The notes: a model not told the origin generated them from the sequence alone. 10,049 nt of DNA from Oligoflexus sp. (GCA_041736305.1 JBGSTX010000301.1:1-10049); one strand, 5' to 3'; numbered from the stretch's first letter, positions 1 through 7,659 are shown. Made by a program: numbers and translations.

Positions 1-129
1 GGCGGACCTGGTACAGGCGGACCTTGCGACCCTAGTAAAAGGACCTGCAATCCCAACCCATGCAAAACCCAAGATTGGGATTGCGACGATGGGGATCAAC
101 ACCAGGGTCAACATCAGCGGCGCCGCTAA
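1..129 (+). CDS. 3' end of a gene entering from the left edge; Gly/Pro/Cys-rich C-terminal tail
   Basis: Frame +1 is open from base 1 to TAA at 127-129 and reads GGPGTGGPCDPSKRTCNPNPCKTQDWDCDDGDQHQGQHQRRR*. It has 4 Cys and GGP and QHQ repeats, and converges on the stop at 151. It is not in the supplied ORF track because the start is outside the window. Confidence 0.55.
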   Translation, partial: GGPGTGGPCDPSKRTCNPNPCKTQDWDCDDGDQHQGQHQRRR

Positions 130-150
130 AGTAGAGACCTCGCGACTCGT

Positions 151-459
151 TCAGACCTTAGCAGACCGCTTGCTCTTCTTACACTTCGGACAAGATCCGA
201 TTTCTTGAAGGCAATGCGGGCAAATCTCGATAACGGCCTTTTCCTTAGTGGAAAAGGCCGTTTTCTGTTCCGTACCTTTTTTGGCGATCTCGTCTTGCTT
301 ACGCTTCACAAAATAATTTTTAGCCAAGAAGTAGCCGCCGCCCAAGAGAGCTAGCGGCAACATAATTCGCCAAAAGCCGAAAAAGATATTGATCCCACCT
401 TTCAGCATAAAAACGATGCCGAGTACCAGCAGCAGCGTTTTGCCGAGCCAGGTATTCAA
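151..459 (-). CDS. Small membrane protein with two N-terminal hydrophobic segments and a C-terminal zinc-ribbon-like CxxC-x6-CxxC motif
   Basis: The TTG start overlaps the upstream TGA (TTGA at 459-456) and has a GGAGG Shine-Dalgarno. The hydrophobic N-terminus is followed by a Lys-rich region and CPHCLQEIGSCPKC. Confidence 0.8.
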   Translation of the reverse strand: MNTWLGKTLLLVLGIVFMLKGGINIFFGFWRIMLPLALLGGGYFLAKNYFVKRKQDEIAKKGTEQKTAFSTKEKAVIEICPHCLQEIGSCPKCKKSKRSAKV

Positions 460-1124
460 GCCAAATCCTCCGCCTGTGAGAGATGCGGTCGACTGAGGAA
501 GGCGATCAGAAAACCACCGAGTAAGAGAGCCGCAATCAAGAAGTATCCGACTATCATGAGCCGTCCGCGTCCCTCAGGGACCCGGCCGACCTCGGCAGTA
601 AACGGTTCACCGACCTTGGCGTTCGAGAGCGTGTAGGTATCGTAATTTCGACCCGAGAAGGGAACGCCCTTCCGCTCTTGCAAATTAGGTCCACCCACAT
701 CGAAAGTATTTTCCCAAACGAAGATACTGAGAGCTTCGACGGGAAACAGAGGTGTTAGAGTGAGCTTGGCTACACCCTGTTCGGCTGGCACCTTAAAACC
801 AATGTTGACCATCGATTCACCGGGAGGAAATGCCTTATCGATCGTCAGTTTCCCGCCTTCGCCTAACTTAAGTTCGTCCGGCGCGACGTTTTCCTGACCT
901 TGAAAATCGATCGTTTCACCCGGCAGCATGATGGGAAATACATGGCGTTCGGGAGCCGTTCCCGAATTGTTGACGACGAAGAGATAACTTCCCCAGAGGG
1001 CATCTATTCCTGGGAACATCACGTAAATATGCCGACCCCCAACTGAGACTTCGGCACGAGCGGAGGAGGCCGCTAAGCTGAGGGCAAAAATAAGAGCAAG
1101 CCGCAATTGATGAATACAACGCAA
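456..1124 (-). CDS. Exported protein with signal peptide, beta-rich periplasmic domain and C-terminal membrane anchor; ccm-associated hypothetical
   Basis: The track ORF starts at 1190. A better start is the in-frame TTG at 1124, 1 nt after the upstream stop and 7 nt after AGGGGA. This gives MRCIHQLRLALIFALSLAASSARA-EVS, a signal peptide with an AxA site. The C-terminal helix is LMIVGYFLIAALLLGGFLIAFL. Confidence 0.8.
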   Translation of the reverse strand: MRCIHQLRLALIFALSLAASSARAEVSVGGRHIYVMFPGIDALWGSYLFVVNNSGTAPERHVFPIMLPGETIDFQGQENVAPDELKLGEGGKLTIDKAFPPGESMVNIGFKVPAEQGVAKLTLTPLFPVEALSIFVWENTFDVGGPNLQERKGVPFSGRNYDTYTLSNAKVGEPFTAEVGRVPEGRGRLMIVGYFLIAALLLGGFLIAFLSRPHLSQAEDLA

Positions 1125-1125
1125 A

Positions 1126-1431
1126 TCAAGATCCCCTATTTTTCTGCTCTGCGACCAGATGGTTGAGAAAATCGAGCCGACGCGCGGCATCGATATAACG
1201 ATTGGTGAGATAAGATTTTCGCTGGTCCCAGGCCATTTTCGTCAGCCGCTTTTCGGTGAAAGCTCGCTCGTCTTCTATGAAGCGCTTCAGTATAGAAAGC
1301 TTGATAGCCTCGAGGCGTTCGGGTGAGTTAATGGAGGCAGCAGCCTGAAGGTGCCCACCCTTGGCGAAGATGAAAGGACTCAAAATAAAAAATCCGGCAA
1401 AGATCGACACGGCGATGGCAAATACTAGCAT
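1126..1431 (-). CDS. CcmI/CycH N-terminal-like membrane protein (one TM helix plus charged helical domain)
   Basis: It lies 1 nt downstream of ccmH. An N-terminal TM helix ending in LSPF is followed by LKRFIEDERAFTEKRLTKMAWDQRKSYL, which resembles the CcmI N-terminal pattern. The ORF is solid and the family call is tentative. Confidence 0.65.
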   Translation of the reverse strand: MLVFAIAVSIFAGFFILSPFIFAKGGHLQAAASINSPERLEAIKLSILKRFIEDERAFTEKRLTKMAWDQRKSYLTNRYIDAARRLDFLNHLVAEQKNRGS

Positions 1432-1432
1432 A

Positions 1433-1969
1433 TCAAGTTTTTCCCTGCTTCAGATGATTGAGCCTTTCCTGCATTTCAAGCAGTATCACTTCACCCGACC
1501 GCACTCCCTGAGTGTTAGCCGGAACCCGACGTTTCCAGACCAGCAACCAGATAAGTATCGGCCCTAAACAAAGGAGTACGCTCGGTACCAGCCAAGCCAG
1601 AAGATTGAAGCCCTGCTTGGGCGGCTCTCTGAGTATCCACGCGCCGTAGCGAGCCACAAAAAAATCGACTATTTCATCTTTGTCCTTGCCGAGCTGCATT
1701 TGTTCTTTGACTTGCTCTTTGATCTGCACCGAAAAGCTAGCATCGGATTCTAGGACGCTGAGACCCGTACAGGTCGGACAGCGAAGCTCTTTGGCCACAT
1801 CGCGAAACTCAGGATTGTTATCGGAGAAAGCACCACCCGCACGCGCCTCGGCACTAGGGGTGGCTTCGGTCGGGGGCGTCAACTGCTGAGCCGGGGCTGG
1901 CTGTCCATAGGCCAGCCCACCCTGCAAAAAAGCTAAGAAGAGAACTGAATACCAAGTGAGTCTTTTCAT
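1433..1969 (-). CDS. ccmH: Cytochrome c biogenesis protein CcmH (CycL/NrfF family)
   Basis: Signal peptide, LRCPTC redox motif, EIVDFFVARYGAWILREPP motif and a downstream TM helix. ATGA overlap with the ccmF stop. Confidence 0.95.
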   Translation of the reverse strand: MKRLTWYSVLFLAFLQGGLAYGQPAPAQQLTPPTEATPSAEARAGGAFSDNNPEFRDVAKELRCPTCTGLSVLESDASFSVQIKEQVKEQMQLGKDKDEIVDFFVARYGAWILREPPKQGFNLLAWLVPSVLLCLGPILIWLLVWKRRVPANTQGVRSGEVILLEMQERLNHLKQGKT

Positions 1970-3960
1970 GTCGTAAGCTCCCAGGCGCCAGCTACCACGT
2001 CTCGACTCTTATTGCCTCGATAGACATCGAAGAGAGCAATGATGCCGCCTATGCACATGATCACAATCGCTATCCAAACGAAACGAACCGTCGGGTTGAT
2101 ATTGATCTGAAAGGTCACCTTCTTACCGTCCGTCTTATCGAAGTCGACCAAAACCAGATAGATATCATGCCAGATATTTCCGCCGATGCCGATCTCTTTG
2201 AAAGTTTCGTCTTTGGTCGGGTAGCGGCTCTGCGCGGGGTACAGCTCGCCCAAGTATTCCCCGTTACGATAGATCTTGGTCGGCGCTGTAAAGAGAGTCG
2301 CATTTTTGTCTTTTTTGATTTCAATCCCGCGCTCGAGTTCAAAGCGGTAACCATAGAATTCAAAGCTTTCGCCTGCTTTCAGAGTGGTTCTCGTTTCAAG
2401 GCCACGGTAATTGCCAAGAAAGCCAATGATAGCGATCATGACTCCAATATGGGCCACCCAGGCACCGACGTAGGCTAGGTTTCTCTTAAAGAAGAGACCG
2501 TAATTGAAGCGCATATCCTTCAGCTTAACGAAGAAATCGCCGAAAAGACAACCGATAGCCCAAGAACAGAGGTAGAGGCCGACGAGTTGCGCAATAAGAG
2601 AAGAAGTCTTGGGAGTAGCCATGACATCGCCCATATAAATGAGGAAGGCTGTCAGCGGGATAGCAAAGACGATAGAGCCGAAGATAATAGGCTTCGCGTA
2701 GGGCAGTTTGTTCGACTGGTAGCGCATGAGCTGGCCGATAGCGATACCGACAATAATGCCGAGCCCGACCCAGGGCGCAAACATATTGAAGTAAGGCGCT
2801 TGCACTGTGATGCGCTGCTTGGTCAAAGCTTCTGAGACGATGGGAAACATCGTGCCTATGAAGATAATGGCGGCGAAAGAAAGCAAGAGGAACTGCGTCA
2901 CTACCAGCGCCGACTCTTTCGAAATACCCCAGACCTTCTCGGTGTCGGAGGGCAGGATAGAAGGAGCGCGAAAGGCGAAGATCGTGCTGCAGATGAGAAT
3001 GAGCCCGGAAAGATAAGTAAGGTAATTCGGTCCAATCGGCGATTCAGCAAAAGAATGGACGGAAGAGACAACGCCTGAGCGCGTCAAAAAAGTACCAAAG
3101 TAGCTCATAAAGAAACCAGCAATAGCCAAGACGATGCTGAGACGTTTCAAATGACCGAGCTTATCCTGGACCAGGAGCGAGTGCAGGAGCGCTGTACACA
3201 TCAGCCAAGGCATGAAGCTCGAGTTCTCAACTGGATCCCACGCCCAATAACCAGCCCAACCGAGTTCTACGTAAGCCCAGCGTCCGCCGAGGGTAATCGC
3301 GGCCGTGAGAAAAACAAAGGAAACCAGGGTCCAACGACGAACTGTTTTGAGCCAACCTTCAGTAATGTCACCGAAGCACAGTGCAGCGATTGCATAGGCG
3401 AAGGGCACCGCGAGAGTTACGTAACCAATGAACAGCAGTGGCGGGTGAATAGCCATGTATTCGTTCTGCAGCAGCTCGTTCATGCCGCGACCGTCGGGAG
3501 GGGCCGGCAAATTCGCGACGAAAGGATCTGAATGAGTGATCGCCAGATAGAACATCCATGCCAGAACAGCCTGAATTGAGGCCGAGACGTAAGGCATTAT
3601 GTGCTCATTGTCCTTAGAGTGCGTCCAGACCGCGATCGCTCCAACGACGGTTAGAAAGAAGGTCCACAGGGTGTGCGACCCTTCCAGCGAGGACCAGAGA
3701 GCGGTGAGGGTGAAGATGGCCGGTAGATCGTTACTCGAATTCTTTGCCACATAAGCGATCGCGTAATCTCGCTGATAGAAGCTGTAAATCAGCATCCCAA
3801 CAGCTACAGCGGCCGAGAGAAAAGTCGCGGTCATCGCCATTTTGGAAGACATATACAGTCTTCGATGACGCCAAGCAGCAGCGAGGATGCCAGCCAAAAA
3901 TCCATAGAGACTACAGATAAAACACAGATACATGAGATAAAAACCATAATTGGCCAGCAT
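1966..3960 (-). CDS. ccmF: Heme lyase CcmF/NrfE family subunit
   Basis: 664-aa polytopic membrane protein with the WWD motif (WAYVELGWAGYWAWDPVENSS) and the conserved His motifs IHPP, ALLHS, SVHSF and AHIG. GAGGG Shine-Dalgarno upstream. Confidence 0.97.
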   Translation of the reverse strand: MLANYGFYLMYLCFICSLYGFLAGILAAAWRHRRLYMSSKMAMTATFLSAAVAVGMLIYSFYQRDYAIAYVAKNSSNDLPAIFTLTALWSSLEGSHTLWTFFLTVVGAIAVWTHSKDNEHIMPYVSASIQAVLAWMFYLAITHSDPFVANLPAPPDGRGMNELLQNEYMAIHPPLLFIGYVTLAVPFAYAIAALCFGDITEGWLKTVRRWTLVSFVFLTAAITLGGRWAYVELGWAGYWAWDPVENSSFMPWLMCTALLHSLLVQDKLGHLKRLSIVLAIAGFFMSYFGTFLTRSGVVSSVHSFAESPIGPNYLTYLSGLILICSTIFAFRAPSILPSDTEKVWGISKESALVVTQFLLLSFAAIIFIGTMFPIVSEALTKQRITVQAPYFNMFAPWVGLGIIVGIAIGQLMRYQSNKLPYAKPIIFGSIVFAIPLTAFLIYMGDVMATPKTSSLIAQLVGLYLCSWAIGCLFGDFFVKLKDMRFNYGLFFKRNLAYVGAWVAHIGVMIAIIGFLGNYRGLETRTTLKAGESFEFYGYRFELERGIEIKKDKNATLFTAPTKIYRNGEYLGELYPAQSRYPTKDETFKEIGIGGNIWHDIYLVLVDFDKTDGKKVTFQININPTVRFVWIAIVIMCIGGIIALFDVYRGNKSRDVVAGAWELTT

Positions 3961-4037
3961 AGCACCCTCATTGCAAGCCGAAGCTGTGAGCTGCCGAACT
4001 GGAGAAATCTCCAGCGGTTTCCGGACGACGAGTGGGT

Positions 4038-4066
4038 ATTGTACAGGAGCGACAGGACCTCGTCAG
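4038..4066 (-). promoter_or_regulatory. Putative sigma-70 promoter for the ccmF operon
   Basis: Minus strand CTGACG (4066-4061), 17 nt spacer, TACAAT (4043-4038), about 80 nt upstream of the ccmF ATG. Confidence 0.5.
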
Positions 4067-4120
4067 CCTAAGGAGTGAAACGTTTCCATTTAAACCATCG
4101 AAATTCATTGTAAAAGACTT

Positions 4121-4152
4121 ATCTTGCCTTCAAGATCGCATTTTCGTAAACC
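4121..4152 (+). promoter_or_regulatory. Possible sigma-70 promoter for mtaB, overlapped by a palindrome
   Basis: TTGCCT (4124-4129), 17 nt spacer, TAAACC (4147-4152, weak -10). The inverted repeat ATCTTG-cctt-CAAGAT at 4121-4136 covers the -35. Confidence 0.3.
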
Positions 4153-4208
4153 TTCTCTCCTAAAGCAAGTCGCCAGACTACTGAAATGGCCGCGCAGAGG
4201 AAGTCGAT

Positions 4209-5567
4209 ATGATGCCAACCGTTTACGTTAAAACCCTGGGCTGCAAGGTCAACACCTACGACACGCATGCGCTTGAAAATCAATTTAAGGCTCTCGGCTA
4301 CCAGCTCGTCGACAGTCCTGAGGCGGCTACCGTATCGGTCCTCAACACCTGCAGCGTCACGGAAAATGCCGATAAAGAAGCGCGTTACTTGCTCCGCAAA
4401 TTCCGTCGCGACAATCCCGAAGCCGTCGTGGTTGCAACCGGCTGCTATGCGCAGACTGATTCCCAGCGCCTGATAGAGATGGACGAAGTCGATCTCGTGT
4501 TTCCCAATCAAGCCAAAGACCTTGTCGCCGAGGCGACTCATTCTTTCTTCGCGAGACGTCAGATTGATCCTGGACATGCGGCCGATTCCAAGCTTCCTCT
4601 TCATCTACCTGCGGTGAGCGCCAACCGCCAGGGACATTTCAAATCTTCACTCACCATGCTTTCGGCTGAATCGTCTCAGACCAGAGCTTTTCTCAAAATC
4701 CAAGACGGCTGCAACGGCTTCTGCAGCTACTGTCTGATACCTTTCGCCCGCGGCGCCTCCCGCAGCGTGCCGCCCGCTGAAGTGCGGAGTGAAGTCCGTA
4801 AGCTGATCGATAGTGGAACAAAAGAGATCGTCTTCACCGGAATTCACATCGGCGACTATGGCGAGGATCATGGCACCCAGCGCGGATTTGTCGCTCTGCT
4901 CGACGACCTCCTCAGCTGGCCCGATATGGTGCGGATTCGCATTTCGTCCCTGGAGCCACGCGAGCTGACGGAAGATCTGCTCAAGGTCGTAGCGCGCCGT
5001 CCTGAGCTCTTCTGCGATCATTTCCACCTGCCTTTGCAATCAGGGCACGATCGCATTCTGCACCTGATGCGCAGAAGCTATGACAGCGCCCAGTATCGGG
5101 ATAATGTGGCGATGGCTCGCAGTTATTTTCCGCGAGCCAATTTTGGAGCCGACATTATTCCAGGTTTCCCAGGTGAAACTGATGAAGAATTCCACGCCAC
5201 TCTCGACTTCATCGAAGCCACGGGCCTCAACTATCTCCACGTCTTCCCTTACTCGCGTCGTCCCAATACCGCCGCAGCGCGCATGCCGAACCACCTTGCA
5301 GACCCAATCATTCGCGAGCGCTCGGCGCAGCTCCGACAGCTTTCCAGTCGACTGAAGCTGGCTTATCTGCAAAGTTTTGTCGGCACCGAAGTGAACGTGC
5401 TCTGGGAAGGTGATGTCGATGCCGATGGTCGGAGGCTCGGTCACAGCCCTAACTATCTTCATGTCTGCTCGCTGAGCGGCGCGGAAGTCGCAGCGGGAAC
5501 CATCAATCGCGTGCTTCTCAAGGGATTTGTCGCCGACCAAAAACTACTTGGGAAAATTATTGCCTGA
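4209..5567 (+). CDS. mtaB: tRNA t6A37 methylthiotransferase MtaB (radical SAM, MiaB-like family)
   Basis: UPF0004 domain with TLGCKVN, NTCSVT and TGCYAQ. Radical SAM motif LKIQDGCNGFCSYCLIP, plus RIRISSLEP and HVFPYSRRPNT. These signatures fit MtaB better than MiaB or RimO. GAGGA Shine-Dalgarno. The start is 4209 or 4212. Confidence 0.92.
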   Translation: MMPTVYVKTLGCKVNTYDTHALENQFKALGYQLVDSPEAATVSVLNTCSVTENADKEARYLLRKFRRDNPEAVVVATGCYAQTDSQRLIEMDEVDLVFPNQAKDLVAEATHSFFARRQIDPGHAADSKLPLHLPAVSANRQGHFKSSLTMLSAESSQTRAFLKIQDGCNGFCSYCLIPFARGASRSVPPAEVRSEVRKLIDSGTKEIVFTGIHIGDYGEDHGTQRGFVALLDDLLSWPDMVRIRISSLEPRELTEDLLKVVARRPELFCDHFHLPLQSGHDRILHLMRRSYDSAQYRDNVAMARSYFPRANFGADIIPGFPGETDEEFHATLDFIEATGLNYLHVFPYSRRPNTAAARMPNHLADPIIRERSAQLRQLSSRLKLAYLQSFVGTEVNVLWEGDVDADGRRLGHSPNYLHVCSLSGAEVAAGTINRVLLKGFVADQKLLGKIIA

Positions 5568-5577
5568 GGAACATCCT

Positions 5578-6141
5578 ATGCGGCTCCACCATCAGCTTTT
5601 GCCCTTCGCCCAACCTTCCCTCTTCGCTCTGAGTGCGAGCCTGACCCCAACCCACGATACTCTGCAAGTGGTCTTTCGTCTCGAGGGACCACAGGGTGAG
5701 CTGGTCCTGCCTCCAGAGGATGCCCAAGCTGGCTTCCGCGACGAGCTATGGAAAAGCAGCTGCTTTGAAATGTTCACTCAGTGGCAGGACGAGAAGGCCT
5801 ACGAAGAATGGAATTTCAGCCCCAGTGGCTCTTGGGCTCACTATGGATTTACGCGTTATAGGGAACGAAGCGCTTCTCCGACCAGCAGTGGCCTCGCGCA
5901 TGCAATCCAGGTGCAGCGTGAATCAGCCCACTCACTCCTGCTGTCCGTGAGCATTCCTTGGCCTGCGCGCAGCGAGGCCCTACCCTTCCCTCATACTCTG
6001 CGCTATGGCCTCAGCACTGTTTTGCAGAGGCGAGACGGAGCCTACGAGTACTGGGCTCTGTACCACGCAGCTTCCAAAGCTGATTTTCACGATGAGAAGA
6101 GTTTTATCGGCGAAATATTAGAAGATCGCCTACAAAGTTAG
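5578..6141 (+). CDS. DOMON-like domain protein
   Basis: Motifs RDELWKSSCFEMF, YEEWNFSPSGSWAHYGFTRYR, YWAL and ADFH. The start is moved from the track's 5527 to the ATG at 5578, which follows GAGGA (5566-5570) and avoids overlap with mtaB. Confidence 0.85.
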   Translation: MRLHHQLLPFAQPSLFALSASLTPTHDTLQVVFRLEGPQGELVLPPEDAQAGFRDELWKSSCFEMFTQWQDEKAYEEWNFSPSGSWAHYGFTRYRERSASPTSSGLAHAIQVQRESAHSLLLSVSIPWPARSEALPFPHTLRYGLSTVLQRRDGAYEYWALYHAASKADFHDEKSFIGEILEDRLQS

Positions 6142-7659
6142 AGTCCCACCTCTGACCATGGCCGCCACGCCTTCCAGAATGAGTTGGGCCCTGTAGGGCA
6201 CCTGCAGCACAGAGCTTAGCAGCGCTCCATCACCGCCCGTGCAGACCACCTGCCAGTCGCCTGTCGACGAGCGCGCCTTCAGCTCAGTCCTGAGACCTTG
6301 CAGGGCAAAAGCTGTTTCGCGCAGAACTCCGCGCAACATAGCCGTTTGCGTGTCCTGGCCCAGCAGCTCAGCTTCCAGCATGGCGGCCGCATCGATATCC
6401 TTGAGTTCGATGGCCGGGAGTCTGGCTGTCCTCTCGTGCAAGGCGCTCAACTTGGTCTGTAATCCTGGCAAAATATAGCCGCCTTCGTAGACCCCATCTT
6501 TACTGAGCACTTCTACAGTCACAGCCGTGCCAGCACTGACGACGATCAGATTCTCGCGCGGCCACTGAGCCGCTGCTGCTTCCACCAAGGCCACTCGATC
6601 GGCACCCAGTTCGCTGAAGCGGTAGCGATCGAAGCGAACCCGGAGCGGACGTTTCGGAACCACGAGCAAACGGAGGCTTAAACGTGCCAGATACTGGCGA
6701 AAGAGCTCAAGGAGACGGTCGTTCACGCTAATAGCATGAACCGGCCATCCCTCCCGTAGTTTGAGATCATTAAGAGCTAGCAAAGAGTCGTCGAGGGGAA
6801 TGATCTCCCCGTTTTGCACGGCAAAGCGCAGGAACTGAGCCCCGTCCGAGGACTCTCCTCGCCTCGTGACGAGAACTTTGATCAGCGAGTTGCCCACATC
6901 GGCGAGGAGGAGCGGCAGTGGCTCTGGCACTTGATAAATCCACTGCCAGTCGTGACGCACGCTACTGAGTTCATAGCGCGTCGCAGAAGCTAGACTGTCG
7001 AGCTGCAGGTGTCCATCGGCGCCTAGTCCAACGATACTCGCATAGCTACCATCTGTATTTCGCCAGAGTTGGCCAGCTTCGATTCCAAATTCATGGTAAC
7101 GCTCTTCGAGCTCAGGACTTCGCAGCGCCGCTTCTAGATAGCGGACAAAAGAGCGGCTGAGTGAAGGGATATCATCTATAGTTAGGCCACCCAGAATCTC
7201 TTCGATACTGACGCTAGCCTGCTCGGCCACGAGTGGCGCAGCCTTGACATTGATCCCGACTCCGATCAGGAGAGGACCCCAATCTTGTCCCTGTACGCTC
7301 GACTCGCAGAGAATTCCGCCGAGTTTGGCTCCTCCGAAGAGCAGATCGTTCGGCCACTTGATGGTCGCCCGAATGCGAAAATGTTCCCAAATCCAGCCAG
7401 CTACACCGCAGGCCACGAGGAGCGGCAACATTCCAAGTTTGCCGCTTGGCAGCGATCCTCCGGCTAAGACTAAGGTCGCATAGATGCCGCCTAGAGGACT
7501 TTCCCAGGTCTTACCACTTCTTCCCCGTCCGAGCGTTTGCCTGCGGGCTATCACTGCCAGGGGTAGTACGGGGGCTGGGCTAAGCTGAGCGCCTTCAGCC
7601 AGCAGCCGAAGCGCGTAGTCCGAAGTAGAATCAGTAGCCTCCAGCTCGATGATCTTCAT
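6130..7659 (-). CDS. birA/coaX: Bifunctional biotin--protein ligase / type III pantothenate kinase (BirA-CoaX fusion), no N-terminal HTH
   Basis: N-terminal half: QTLGRGRSGKTWESP, KWPNDL, KLGGILCE, IGVGINV. From about residue 250: DVGNS, LGADR, GTAVT, GGYILPG, TARLP, TGGDG, LILEG. Single uninterrupted 509-aa ORF with an ATGA overlap with nadC. Confidence 0.93.
   Translation of the reverse strand: MKIIELEATDSTSDYALRLLAEGAQLSPAPVLPLAVIARRQTLGRGRSGKTWESPLGGIYATLVLAGGSLPSGKLGMLPLLVACGVAGWIWEHFRIRATIKWPNDLLFGGAKLGGILCESSVQGQDWGPLLIGVGINVKAAPLVAEQASVSIEEILGGLTIDDIPSLSRSFVRYLEAALRSPELEERYHEFGIEAGQLWRNTDGSYASIVGLGADGHLQLDSLASATRYELSSVRHDWQWIYQVPEPLPLLLADVGNSLIKVLVTRRGESSDGAQFLRFAVQNGEIIPLDDSLLALNDLKLREGWPVHAISVNDRLLELFRQYLARLSLRLLVVPKRPLRVRFDRYRFSELGADRVALVEAAAAQWPRENLIVVSAGTAVTVEVLSKDGVYEGGYILPGLQTKLSALHERTARLPAIELKDIDAAAMLEAELLGQDTQTAMLRGVLRETAFALQGLRTELKARSSTGDWQVVCTGGDGALLSSVLQVPYRAQLILEGVAAMVRGGTLTL

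Noticed and set aside
1..114. Minus-strand ATG frame MLTLVLIPIVAIPILGFAWVGIAG, open to the left edge
   Set aside because: It has no Shine-Dalgarno and is the codon-for-codon antisense of the + frame, whose Asp/Gln/Asn codons read as hydrophobic residues in reverse. Not fully excluded.
1125..1190. Longer start (1190) for the 456 ORF
   Set aside because: It overlaps the upstream gene and buries the signal peptide. TTG at 1124 has a proper Shine-Dalgarno.
2115..3559. Several short alternative-frame and antisense ORFs inside ccmF
   Set aside because: These are shadow ORFs of a well-supported gene and carry no recognisable motifs.
3865..4071. 68-aa plus-strand ORF across the ccmF start
   Set aside because: It is antisense to ccmF and its promoter, with no motif support.
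4161..4187. TAAAG as a possible sigma-28 -35 for mtaB
   Set aside because: The -10 at the correct spacing (ACTGAAAT) matches GCCGATAA poorly.
4119..5540. Minus-strand ORFs 4119-4604, 4647-5039 and 5040-5540
   Set aside because: They are consecutive pieces of the antisense frame of mtaB, a common codon-bias artefact.
5527..5577. N-terminal extension of the DOMON-like ORF
   Set aside because: It overlaps the mtaB 3' end. ATG 5578 has a good Shine-Dalgarno.
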